From contig JBFXAJ010000009.1 in NCBI GenBank assembly GCA_050184415.1, forward strand, positions 7,494 through 71,493: a stretch of 64,000 bases of DNA, read 5' to 3'. The DNA is from Bauldia sp. (GTDB lineage: Bacteria > Pseudomonadota > Alphaproteobacteria > Rhizobiales > Kaistiaceae). Position numbers and translations under genes: made by a program. This document shows, piece after piece, positions 30,744 through 39,683 of the stretch. Position 1 is the stretch's first letter; each line of letters starts with the position of its first letter. The notes under the pieces were generated by a model. It was not told where the DNA came from, did no database searches, and saw nothing but the letters and a program-made list of their open reading frames with translations.

Positions 30744-31238
30744 CTAGAGGTCCTTCTCCATCCGGAAATGCTCGATCCCGACCTCGGTAAACGCGTCGCC
30801 GACCGTCCGGTATCCGAGGCGCTGGTAAAACCCCGCGGCGGCGGCCCGGGCGTTGAGCTCGACGCTCCGGAATCCTTCCCTACGCGCGAAGTCCTCAGCG
30901 AATATGACGAGGCCGCGGCCGATGCCGCGCCCCTGGCGGTCGGGATGAACGGCCATCTGGCGGAGCTTCACGGCGTCGTTGGGTCGCGGGACGAGCAGCA
31001 CGCAGCCGACAAGGACTTCCTCCTCGAACGCGCCGAGGAGGAATTCATCCTCTTCGCCGGCAATGTCGGTCGCCATCAGCGTCAGGCCAAGTGGCTTGCG
31101 GAGGACCAGGTCGCGCAGCGCCAGCATGGCCCGGTAGTCGTCCGCGCCGTGCTCGAGCATACGGAAGCTGACCGCCATCACCGCATCCCCCAACTGCCCA
31201 CCGACTATCGCCGAGGAGCTGACCTCACCGGAAGCCAT
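30744..31238 (-). CDS. GNAT-family N-acetyltransferase
   Basis: 164 aa with acetyl-CoA motif VHPDRQGRGIGRGL. Confidence 0.8.
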   Translation of the reverse strand: MASGEVSSSAIVGGQLGDAVMAVSFRMLEHGADDYRAMLALRDLVLRKPLGLTLMATDIAGEEDEFLLGAFEEEVLVGCVLLVPRPNDAVKLRQMAVHPDRQGRGIGRGLVIFAEDFARREGFRSVELNARAAAAGFYQRLGYRTVGDAFTEVGIEHFRMEKDL

Positions 31239-31265
31239 GCCATGCCCGCCCCTTGACGCATCTTA

Positions 31266-31303
31266 GTTAACCGAGTAGTTAGATAACCCATAAGTTAATT
31301 AAC
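31266..31303. promoter_or_regulatory. Cluster of GTTA...TAAC palindromes (candidate operators)
   Basis: GTTAAC (31266-31271), GTTAGATAAC (31278-31287) and GTTAATTAAC (31294-31303) lie in the 98-bp divergent intergenic region between the GNAT and DHFR-like genes. A TTGACG -35-like hexamer sits just upstream. Confidence 0.4.
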
Positions 31304-31336
31304 GCTCCCTAACGGGGAACACATCGGAGACCGGAC

Positions 31337-31921
31337 ATGACCAAGGTTACCTTCAACGCCAGCACCTCCCTCGACGGCTTCGTCGCAGGCCCCGACAACG
31401 ACGTCAGCAAGGTGTTCGCCTGGTACGCAGCCGGCGATACGCCCGTCACGCTTGCCGGAACGGAATTGTCCTTTCGGGTCTCGAAGGCGAGCGCGCAGGT
31501 CCTCGCTGAAGGGATGGGCGCGGTCGGCGCGATGGTCACCGGGCGGAAGAACTTCGACGGAGCCAACGCGTGGGGCGGCGAGCCGCCGCTCGGCGTCCAT
31601 CATTTCGTGGTCACCCACAACCCGCCGAAGGACTGGGTCAAGCCCGGCTCGCCCTTCACCTTCGTCACCAGCGGCGTCGCCGACGCGATCGCCGAGGCCA
31701 AGGCCCGCGCCGGCGGCAAGGACGTCGCGATCTCATCGCCCGGAATCATGCGCCAGGCGCTCGCGTCAGGGCTCCTCGACGAGATCAACCTCGATGTCAC
31801 GCCGTTCCTCCTCGGCAAGGGGGTCCCCCTGTTCGGCGATGGCCTTGAGGCCACGCTCGAACAGGTCCGCGTCGTCGCGGGTCTCGGCGTCACTCACATG
31901 AAGTACCGGGTGGTGAGGTAG
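31337..31921 (+). CDS. Dihydrofolate-reductase-like (RibD C-terminal domain) protein
   Basis: 194 aa; SLDGFVAGPDND...GRKNFD... pattern of the RibD_C/DHFR-like family. Confidence 0.75.
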   Translation: MTKVTFNASTSLDGFVAGPDNDVSKVFAWYAAGDTPVTLAGTELSFRVSKASAQVLAEGMGAVGAMVTGRKNFDGANAWGGEPPLGVHHFVVTHNPPKDWVKPGSPFTFVTSGVADAIAEAKARAGGKDVAISSPGIMRQALASGLLDEINLDVTPFLLGKGVPLFGDGLEATLEQVRVVAGLGVTHMKYRVVR

Positions 31922-31977
31922 GTCGCGCTGCCCGACGTGCCGAGAAGACCCTCCCGGTCCGGGAGGGTCTCTTCGAG

Positions 31978-32514
31978 CTAGGCCGCGAGACGCGCTTGGA
32001 TTGCGGCGGGCGCCGGCACCACGCCGGCCGGCAGCATCGGCACCGCGACCGAGCCCGAAGCGCCCGCAAGCGCCCCATCGCGGAGCTCGACCGCGAGGAA
32101 GCGCGCCCGGTCGACCGGCGTGGGCATGGCGAGATCCGCCGTCAGCTCGGCCGAGAAGCCGAAGCGCGCATAGTACGGCGCGTCGCCGACGAGGATCACT
32201 GCGCCATGGCCGTGCGCTGCGGCGCGGTTCAGCGCCGAGCGCATCAGCCGGCTGCCGATGCCTTCGCCCTGGCGCTCGCCGCAGACGGCGAGCGGGCCGA
32301 GGAGAAGGGCAGGGCGTCCGCCAGCGTCCACTTCCCACAGCCGGACCGTGCCAACGATCTCGCCGCCATCGCGGGCGACGAGCGCAAGCTCCGGGTCGCG
32401 GCCGTTGCGCAGACGCTGCGACGGCTTTTCGAAGCGCTCCGCACCCATGGTGCGGTCAAGAAGGGCCTCGCGGGCGAGGGCGTCGCCGGGCCGCTCGATG
32501 TCGATCGTGATCAT
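31978..32514 (-). CDS. GNAT-family N-acetyltransferase
   Basis: 178 aa with motif VCGERQGEGIGSRLM. Lies immediately downstream of the ODC gene on the same strand. Confidence 0.8.
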   Translation of the reverse strand: MITIDIERPGDALAREALLDRTMGAERFEKPSQRLRNGRDPELALVARDGGEIVGTVRLWEVDAGGRPALLLGPLAVCGERQGEGIGSRLMRSALNRAAAHGHGAVILVGDAPYYARFGFSAELTADLAMPTPVDRARFLAVELRDGALAGASGSVAVPMLPAGVVPAPAAIQARLAA

Positions 32515-32616
32515 GCGCGAACTCCAATCCCCGCGCGAAATGGCGCGCGGAGGCCGGTGAACAGGACTGAATTTTCAGGCTTGGTCCCTCTCCCGAGAGC
32601 CGGGAGAGGGTCGGTC

Positions 32617-33747
32617 CTAGATCACGTAGGACTTGAGCGGCGCGAAGCCGTTGAAGGCGACGGCCGAGTAGGTCGTGGTGTAGGCACCCGTCCCCTCGAA
32701 CAGCACCTCGTCGCCGATCGAGAGCGACACCGGCAGATCATACGGCGTCTTCTCGTAGAGAACGTCAGCCGAGTCGCAGGTCGGGCCGGCGATCACGCAA
32801 GGGGCCATCGGCGCGCCGTCCCGCGGGGTGCGGATCGGGTAGCGGATGGATTCGTCCATCGTCTCGGCGAGGCCGCCGAACTTGCCGATATCGAGATACA
32901 CCCAGCGCAGCGGATCATCCGCCGACTTCCGCGAGATCAGCACGACCTCGGACTTGAGGATGCCGGCATCGCCGACCATGCCGCGGCCGGGCTCGATGAT
33001 CGTCTCCGGCAGACGGTTGCCGAAGTGTCGTCGCAGCGCGTTGCCGATCGCCATCGAGTAGGCGTTCACGGCCGGCATCTCCTTGAGATACTTAGCCGGG
33101 AAACCACCGCCAAGATTGACCATGCGGAGCTGGATACCGCGCTCGGCGAGCGTGCGGAACACCATCGCCGACGAGGCGAGGGCGCCGTTCCAGGCTTCCA
33201 CATTACCCTGCTGCGAGCCGACATGGAACGACACGCCATAGGCCTCGAGGCCGACGCGATGCGCGTGCTCGAGGACGTCGATCGCCATCTCCGGGTCGCA
33301 GCCGAACTTCCGCGACAGCGGCCACTCGGCGCCGGCGCCGTCGCAGAGGATGCGGCAGAACACTTTGGCGCCCTTGGCGACGCGCGCGATCTTGCCGACC
33401 TCCTCCTCGCAGTCGACCGCGAACAGGCGGACGCCGAGCGCGAAGGCGCGCGCGATGTCGCGCTCCTTCTTGATCGTGTTGCCGAACGAGATGCGGTCGG
33501 GGGTCGCTCCGGCGGCCATCGCCATCTCGATCTCGGCCACGGAGGCGCAATCGAACGATGAGCCGAGCTCGGCGAGCGCGGACAGCACTTCGGGCGCGGG
33601 ATTGGCCTTCACCGCGTAGAAGACGCGGGTGTCGGGCATCGCGCGGGCGAAGGCACGGTAATTGTCGCGCACCACGTCGAGGTCGATGACGACGCAGGGG
33701 CCCTCGGGACGGGTGGTGCGGAGGAATTCGCGGATACGGTCGGTCAC
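32617..33747 (-). CDS. odc: Ornithine/lysine decarboxylase (fold-type III PLP, eukaryote-like ODC)
   Basis: 376 aa with a GTG start. PLP-lysine region FYAVKANP, GGGFP glycine loop, and C-terminal CDSAD active-site Cys region. Confidence 0.85.
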   Translation of the reverse strand: MTDRIREFLRTTRPEGPCVVIDLDVVRDNYRAFARAMPDTRVFYAVKANPAPEVLSALAELGSSFDCASVAEIEMAMAAGATPDRISFGNTIKKERDIARAFALGVRLFAVDCEEEVGKIARVAKGAKVFCRILCDGAGAEWPLSRKFGCDPEMAIDVLEHAHRVGLEAYGVSFHVGSQQGNVEAWNGALASSAMVFRTLAERGIQLRMVNLGGGFPAKYLKEMPAVNAYSMAIGNALRRHFGNRLPETIIEPGRGMVGDAGILKSEVVLISRKSADDPLRWVYLDIGKFGGLAETMDESIRYPIRTPRDGAPMAPCVIAGPTCDSADVLYEKTPYDLPVSLSIGDEVLFEGTGAYTTTYSAVAFNGFAPLKSYVI

Positions 33748-34292
33748 TGCCGGGGTCTCCCAAGCGCAGAAGGGTCAAAACCGCCGGGTCGCTTCCGGGT
33801 CCGGGCCGGTGTGGAGACGGCTGTACGGACCAGTGACGAGACCGGTTTGCCGGCTCAGAGACCGGCGGGTTCAGGGTGACGGACCGTCGACCGAACAGGG
33901 CTGTCGGATCGACTTCCGCCGCCGTCGCTTGGATTGGGAGATCCCGATCCGCACGCCCGGCAAGGATGTAGTGCCTCTTCAGTAACCCCGGGCGATGGAG
34001 ACCCGGCAGAGACCAAAAAAGCCCGCTACGTCGTTGCTTTAAGCCGCACCCTTCGAAGCTTCCGGGACACCGGACTTCGCCCTCGGGTGTTTGCTCGGCC
34101 ACAGGCACGTGCGAAATTGGGCAGGGCGTAGATACGCAAATCGCCTGTCGCATTCAAGGGCTGTTTTGGCCCCTGAGCGAAAAACCTGAGTGCGCCGGTC
34201 ATGCCCCGTTCGGGTGGCGCCGGCGGCAGGTGGAACTTGCTGATCCTGAACGTGTTTTCCCATCGCGTGGAGCAGCATTCAGGAGACGAGAA

Positions 34293-34487
34293 ATGCCAGC
34301 GAAATCGAAGGCCCAGCAGAAGGCGGCCGGCGCCGCCCTTTCCGCGAAGCGCGGAGACACCAAGGTGGGTGCGCTCAAGGGCGCGTCGAAGGAGATGTAC
34401 AAGTCCATGAGCGAGAAGCAGCTCAAGGAGTTCGCCGGCACGAAGACCAAGGGCAAGCCGGAGCACGTCGCGGGGTCCAAGCACTAG
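34293..34487 (+). CDS. DUF3008-like small basic protein
   Basis: 64 aa from the ATG after aggagacgagaa. MPAKSKAQQKAAGAALSAKRGD... matches my memory of the DUF3008 family. Confidence 0.65.
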   Translation: MPAKSKAQQKAAGAALSAKRGDTKVGALKGASKEMYKSMSEKQLKEFAGTKTKGKPEHVAGSKH

Positions 34488-35671
34488 CTGCGGTCGGCCG
34501 GCGACGAAGGCGGAGCAAAGAACGATTGGCCGAATGAGTCGGTTACGGTCGGACCTGGCGGATAGATTCGGACAAAGAAGGGCGGCCCGAGGGAACGGGG
34601 AACGTCGTCGAGCGGGTCGACCGCCTTCAAGGCTTGGTCGGCCGAGATTCTTGTCCAGCGTCCGCCTTGCACGATGTGAAGGACGCCGTCGCGTCCTTGC
34701 AGCAGCGAGGGACCCCGCTCCTTCGGGGCATCGAATCCGTAGATGAATTGCAGTCGGTCACCTGGATACTGCAGCAGCGGTCGGCCGGCGCTGACAAGCG
34801 GATTGAACCTGAAAGAACCCAGTCGACCGTCAGTCCGCACGACCACCAGTCGATTGGCTTCCTCGAAGTCGAAGCCTGCCGCGAGGACGAGGTCGTCGGC
34901 CACCGCGATTGCCCGCTCACCGTGGGCGTCGCTCGGCCAGGACGATATCGTGCCGCCCACGATCCTGACCCACCGCGACGGTTGGTCGTCCAGGCGCCGG
35001 CTGTGGTCAGGAAGGCAAGTCCACAACGTGCTGCCAGTGAGCGTAAGCGACGGGCAGTCATCGACTCTCGCCCAGCTGCCAAGCTCGGCTTCGCGCCCGC
35101 TGTCGTTGAAGGACCAGAGAACCCCACCGAATTCGTCGAATTGAACGATGCCTCCCGATGACAGTGGCCGCAGACCGTTCTCATCGGGGCCGTCGAAGAT
35201 CGTCTCCTCACTGTAGCCGATCCAGATCGTTCCATCTGGTGACGCAAGGAGGCGCTGGATTCCTCCGCCGAGGTCGATGGCCCGCAATTCGCGTCCGTCG
35301 CCAGAATAGATGCGCACGTCGTCGGGGTTCTCGTCGCGCGAGCAGGCGACCAGCCAGCGACCGTCCCTCATGCGATCAAGGGCGATCAGAGAACCGTTCG
35401 GGAGGTCTACGACGTTGGTTTCGGCGGAGCCATCGTAGACTGAGACGCGAATCCCGCCACTCCAGAAGTCTGGTTGTTCTGGACCTTCGGGGCCCGCGTT
35501 TCTGGCAGCAACGACCGCTTGCCACCAGCTCCACCAGTCCCGGTGGATGTTCGAGCGCGTGCGGATCAGCCCCAACCTGCCATTCATCAAGACGGCGTAG
35601 GCGTAATCGAACCAACCCGCCGGCGGCACCGGAAGGGCGGTGCTGGTGCCGATCGCTGACGGGTCGCTCAC
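34484..35671 (-). CDS. Hypothetical protein, beta-propeller-like, no signal peptide
   Basis: Coding-like C-terminal 395 aa of the tracked 638-aa ORF. GTG at 35671 is preceded by ggag. PD40-like snippets (SPDGTIWIGY, DGRWLVACS). The upstream remainder of the tracked ORF overlaps the nucleotidase gene and is discarded. Confidence 0.55.
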   Translation of the reverse strand: MSDPSAIGTSTALPVPPAGWFDYAYAVLMNGRLGLIRTRSNIHRDWWSWWQAVVAARNAGPEGPEQPDFWSGGIRVSVYDGSAETNVVDLPNGSLIALDRMRDGRWLVACSRDENPDDVRIYSGDGRELRAIDLGGGIQRLLASPDGTIWIGYSEETIFDGPDENGLRPLSSGGIVQFDEFGGVLWSFNDSGREAELGSWARVDDCPSLTLTGSTLWTCLPDHSRRLDDQPSRWVRIVGGTISSWPSDAHGERAIAVADDLVLAAGFDFEEANRLVVVRTDGRLGSFRFNPLVSAGRPLLQYPGDRLQFIYGFDAPKERGPSLLQGRDGVLHIVQGGRWTRISADQALKAVDPLDDVPRSLGPPFFVRIYPPGPTVTDSFGQSFFAPPSSPADRS

Positions 35672-35700
35672 GGGGCGCTCCGACAATCTCGCCGCCCTCC

Positions 35701-37203
35701 TCAATGCAGCACGATCCGCCCCTCGATCCCAACATCCACGGTACCCGCCTCCTGGAGATACGCGATCACCTGCTCCGTCGTGAGCCCGGCCGATGACAGA
35801 TCGATGATCCGCGGCGCATTGCGGAGGATCGTGTAGCCGTCGCCGCCGCCGGCGATGAAGTCGTTCGTCGCCAGACGGTACACGGCCGACTGCACCAGCG
35901 GGCGGCCGCCGACCATCACCGAGAGGACTCGGTTGCCGGGCGCCGCGAACGCATTCACCTCGACGGTCATCCCGGAAAGCTGCGGAAAGCGGCCGGTGTT
36001 GAGCTTGATCTCGGAGAAGCCGTTTTCCAGCGCGGCGAGGAGCTGCGCGCCGGTCACTTCGAGGAGCAGCGTGCGGTTGTTGAAGGGCAGCTCCGCGAAC
36101 ACATCCCGACGGGTGATCTCTGAGCCGGGCAGATAAAGCCGGTCGCCGCGGATCGCCCCGCCATTGACGAGCGCGACCTCGGCATTGACGGCAAGCCGCA
36201 TCGCGTCGGCCACGAGATTCCCCATCGTGGTCTCGCGCGACTGGAGGGCTACGCGGCGGCTCTCGATCAGGGTGCCCGTCGTGGCGACGGCGACGTCGAG
36301 CTCGGCGTCGAGGCGATCGGCATAGGCGGCGACGATCTCGGCAATCGCCGGATCGGGCGCGACCTCGGCCGTGTCGACGATGTCGAAGTCCGGAACCCAC
36401 GTGACGACCGCGGCGCCATTGGCGTCGACGGTCCTGGTGATCGCGAGCCTTGTGACGACGACGTACTCGCCCTGCGCCGACGCCTCGGTCAGCGCGACCG
36501 TACCGTCATAGTAGGTGAGGAGGTGGTTGTCGTGGCCTGACAGGATGAGGTCGGCGGCACGATTCCGGAACAGCGTCAGATCGACCGCGAGCGGCGTATG
36601 GGCGAGCGCCACCACAATGTCCGCGCCGGCGGCGCGCAATTCGGCGGCCTTCGCGACGGCGGTGCTCACGCTGTTGGCGAAGGTGAACGCGCCGCCGGGG
36701 CTCGAGATGACCGTCGTGTCCTCGGTGGTGAGGCCGTAGAAGGCGATGCGGATCCCCTCGACCTCGAGCCAGTGATCCTGGACCATATTCGCTGGTAGGG
36801 AGCCGTCGGCCTGGGCGAGGTTCGAGGACAGGACCGGGAAGTCGGCTTCGGCAAGCCGCTCGCGGAAGACGTCGGGGCCGAAGTCGAACTCGGCATTGCC
36901 GGGCGTGAAGACGTCGACGCGGAGCTGGTTGAGGAGGTCCACGATATGGGCGCCGTGGTCGATGCCGGACATCAGCGACGGCGAAAAGGCATTGCCGGGA
37001 AAGACGAAGAAGGCGTGCCCTGCGGCGCGTTCCTGGTTGATCACCGTCGCCAGCCGTGCGAAGCCGCCGCGGCCGTTGACCCCCTCCATCTGCGAAAGGT
37101 CGTTCGCCTGGACGAAGGACACGGTGATCGTCTGCGCGTTCGCGGCCGCCGCCGCGCCGAACAGGAATGATGCAGCGAGCGCAGCCCGCCAGAGTCCCGC
37201 CAT
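35701..37203 (-). CDS. Periplasmic 5'-nucleotidase/UshA-family homolog with degenerate metallophosphatase motifs
   Basis: Signal peptide MAGLWRAALAASFLFGAAAAANA|Q. Metallophosphatase N-domain plus 5'-nucleotidase C-domain (GNLVADAM, ATNDFIAGGGDGY). Motifs read NDLS, PGNAF and GNAEFD instead of NDxH, GGD and GNHEFD. Confidence 0.8.
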   Translation of the reverse strand: MAGLWRAALAASFLFGAAAAANAQTITVSFVQANDLSQMEGVNGRGGFARLATVINQERAAGHAFFVFPGNAFSPSLMSGIDHGAHIVDLLNQLRVDVFTPGNAEFDFGPDVFRERLAEADFPVLSSNLAQADGSLPANMVQDHWLEVEGIRIAFYGLTTEDTTVISSPGGAFTFANSVSTAVAKAAELRAAGADIVVALAHTPLAVDLTLFRNRAADLILSGHDNHLLTYYDGTVALTEASAQGEYVVVTRLAITRTVDANGAAVVTWVPDFDIVDTAEVAPDPAIAEIVAAYADRLDAELDVAVATTGTLIESRRVALQSRETTMGNLVADAMRLAVNAEVALVNGGAIRGDRLYLPGSEITRRDVFAELPFNNRTLLLEVTGAQLLAALENGFSEIKLNTGRFPQLSGMTVEVNAFAAPGNRVLSVMVGGRPLVQSAVYRLATNDFIAGGGDGYTILRNAPRIIDLSSAGLTTEQVIAYLQEAGTVDVGIEGRIVLH

Positions 37204-37408
37204 GTCCGCCCCCAATTCAACGGGAAGGTGATCATAGCAGGGGCTCGCGCCGGCCGCAGTGCCGGCAAAGCCACAGATTCCGGGGCTTCGGGCGATGCGA
37301 CGCCACGGAATGGGCTCGACATTCGGCCTGCCGCCGGTATCGAAAGAGCCGCGAGGTTCTGGACTTGTGCGTTCGGGACACTAAGTTCGCCCTGTTCTAA
37401 TCTGGCCC

Positions 37409-38473
37409 GTGATGAACCAGCACAGCATCATCCAAGCCGCCGATGGCGGCTCCGCCCGTCCGCACAACCATCCTTCGGTGAAGGATGGGCGGATCGGCGT
37501 TCTCCTCGTCAATCTCGGCACCCCCGACGGGACCGACTTCCAGTCGGTGAAGCGCTACCTCAAGCAGTTCCTGTCCGACCCCCGGGTGATCGAGATCCCG
37601 ATGGTGGTGTGGAAGCCGATCCTCCACCTCTTCGTGCTGCGGAAGCGCCCGACGACCTCGGGCGAAGCCTATGCCAAGATCTGGAACAGGGAGCGGAACG
37701 AGTCGCCGCTGCGGACCATCACGCGGGCCCAGGCTGAAAAACTCCACGCGATCCTCAACGGTGAGGACCCGCGGATCATCGTCGACTGGGCGATGCGCTA
37801 CGGAACCCCGGCGATCGGCGACCGCCTCCGTGCGCTTCAGGCCGAAGGCTGCGACCGGATCCTCGTCGCGCCGCTCTATCCGCAATACAGCGCGACGACG
37901 ACCGCGACCGTCGTCGACCAGGTCGGCCTCGCGCTCAAGGAGATGCGCTGGCAGCCGGCGGTCCGCGTCCTGCCGGCCTATTACGACCGGCCGGACTATA
38001 TCGAGGCGCTGTCGCAATCGCTGCAGGACGGGCTCGCCGCGCTCGATTTCGAGCCCGAAGTGGTGCTCGCGTCCTATCACGGGATGCCGAAGCGCTATCT
38101 CGAGAAGGGCGACCCCTATTATTGCCACGCGATGAAGACGAGCCGCCTTCTCCGCGAGAAGCTCGGCTTCGACGAGAAATTCCTCCGCACCACCTTCCAG
38201 TCCCGCTTCGGCAAGGCGGAGTGGCTGAAGCCCTACACGATCGACACCGTGACGGCGCTCGGCAAGGAGGGCGTGAAGCGCGTAGCGGTCATCACGCCAG
38301 CCTTCTCCGCCGACTGCATCGAGACGCTGGAGGAAATCGCCATCGGCAATGCCGAGGCGTTCCACGAGCATGGCGGCGAGAGATTCGCGCTGATCCCGTG
38401 CCTCAACGACAGCCCGGTGGGCATGCAGATGCTGCGCTCCGTGGTTGGAAACGAGCTCAAGGGCTGGATGTAG
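37409..38473 (+). CDS. hemH: Ferrochelatase
   Basis: 354 aa. GVLLVNLGTPD...YLKQFLSDPRVIE...YPQYS motifs. The start is either GTG 37409 or the adjacent ATG 37412. Confidence 0.9.
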   Translation: MMNQHSIIQAADGGSARPHNHPSVKDGRIGVLLVNLGTPDGTDFQSVKRYLKQFLSDPRVIEIPMVVWKPILHLFVLRKRPTTSGEAYAKIWNRERNESPLRTITRAQAEKLHAILNGEDPRIIVDWAMRYGTPAIGDRLRALQAEGCDRILVAPLYPQYSATTTATVVDQVGLALKEMRWQPAVRVLPAYYDRPDYIEALSQSLQDGLAALDFEPEVVLASYHGMPKRYLEKGDPYYCHAMKTSRLLREKLGFDEKFLRTTFQSRFGKAEWLKPYTIDTVTALGKEGVKRVAVITPAFSADCIETLEEIAIGNAEAFHEHGGERFALIPCLNDSPVGMQMLRSVVGNELKGWM

Positions 38474-38495
38474 CTGCGACTCACTCCGGCGCGAG

Positions 38496-39638
38496 CTATG
38501 GCCCATGGACCGGATCGATGCCGACCGTAGCCGCTGTCACACGTGGCGCGCGCGGCCATGAAAAATCATCGACCCGACCCGGCGCCGCCGGGATCGTGTC
38601 GCCCCGCACGAATACCCGAAACTGCATCGAGTCGGGCGTTGCCGCGGTCGGCTGGTCGAGGAGCTCCGTCGGCGCTCCCGGCGGGGGCTCGCCGAAGACG
38701 ATGACCGGCCCCACGGTCTGCTCCGTGCCGTCCGGTAACACTTCGACCCGTGCCCCGGTCGTCGGCGAAGCGAGGAACGTCGCCAACTCGCCGCTGCCGG
38801 GAATGCGGATCTCGCGATCGACATAGAAGGCGAGCTTCACACGGCCCGCCGACGTGAAGCTGAAGCCGTCATCAGCGCGGAGGGTGCGCGTCTGGCCGTC
38901 GACGTCCGGTCCGGTCGCAGTGAACCGGCCTTCCGCGTCGGCGAATCCGTCCCACACGTCGACATAGATGCCGCCGATGCGCTCGATCGCGGCCTCGTAG
39001 AGCGTGTTGAAGAACGCCATGTCGGCGGACATCGAGCGCTGCCGCATCGGCGGCTGGCCGACCCAGAGGGCGGGTCGGCCGTACTCCGCGAGGATCGCCG
39101 CGATGGCGTCGACGCGGGCGGCGTATTCCCGGTCCCACGCCTCGGAGCGGAGCCGCGCGGCGTTGCCGGCAAGCTGCATGTCCTGGCGGTCGTTGGTGCC
39201 GATCATGAACACGACGAAATCGGGCTCGATCTCGGTGAGGATCGCCGGGAGCTCCGCCGCCCAGTCGTAGAAGTCGTTCCGGACGAGGCCGGACGAGCCG
39301 TTGATCCGCTCGACGAGGGTGATCCGCGGTTCGTTTTCGAATGTCGCCTCGAGGCCCTGCGACAGCCCGCGCGCCATGAAGTCGCCGATGACGAGCAGCG
39401 TCAGCGCATCCGTCGCCGGAGCGGTCGTCGCCGAGCCGGGCGGTGCGGCGGCCTGGCGCTGCGGAAGAGCCGGAGGGGTTGCCGGTGCGGCCGGCGCGGG
39501 CGTCTCGGCCGCAGGCGGCTCGACGCCGAACAGGCGCTGCAGGAACCCCTGCGCCGCGACCGGGCCGATCGCGGCCGAGATCATCGCGATGATGGCGACG
39601 GCGCCAAGGAGGACCGCCCGAAGGCCTGGAGAGCACAT
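38496..39638 (-). CDS. SGNH/GDSL-type hydrolase (DUF459-like), secreted
   Basis: 380 aa with signal/anchor and Pro/Ala linker. LLVIGDFMA...SSGLVRNDFYDW...VFMIGTNDRQ blocks of the SGNH fold. Confidence 0.7.
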   Translation of the reverse strand: MCSPGLRAVLLGAVAIIAMISAAIGPVAAQGFLQRLFGVEPPAAETPAPAAPATPPALPQRQAAAPPGSATTAPATDALTLLVIGDFMARGLSQGLEATFENEPRITLVERINGSSGLVRNDFYDWAAELPAILTEIEPDFVVFMIGTNDRQDMQLAGNAARLRSEAWDREYAARVDAIAAILAEYGRPALWVGQPPMRQRSMSADMAFFNTLYEAAIERIGGIYVDVWDGFADAEGRFTATGPDVDGQTRTLRADDGFSFTSAGRVKLAFYVDREIRIPGSGELATFLASPTTGARVEVLPDGTEQTVGPVIVFGEPPPGAPTELLDQPTAATPDSMQFRVFVRGDTIPAAPGRVDDFSWPRAPRVTAATVGIDPVHGP

Positions 39639-39683
39639 CGATCTGTCCGTCGGGCCGCCCCGCGGCGGCCGGTCACCCGGAGA

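Noticed and set aside
34484-35671. Declaring the propeller-like gene a horizontally acquired island on the basis of GC content
   Set aside because: Hand counts of a few 60-nt windows ranged from roughly mid-50s to about 70 percent GC, which is too variable to support a claim. It needs a computed GC3 or codon-usage profile.
35672-36400. Upstream part of the tracked 638-aa reverse ORF
   Set aside because: It overlaps the 5'-nucleotidase-like gene out of frame with Arg-rich translation. Only the segment after 35671 looks like protein.
37381-37402. Irr/ICE-like iron control element upstream of hemH (ctAAGTTCgccctGTTCTAAtc)
   Set aside because: Only the right half (GTTCTAA) resembles the TTTAGAA-N3-TTCTAAA palindrome. 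The left half is a direct repeat, not an inverted one.
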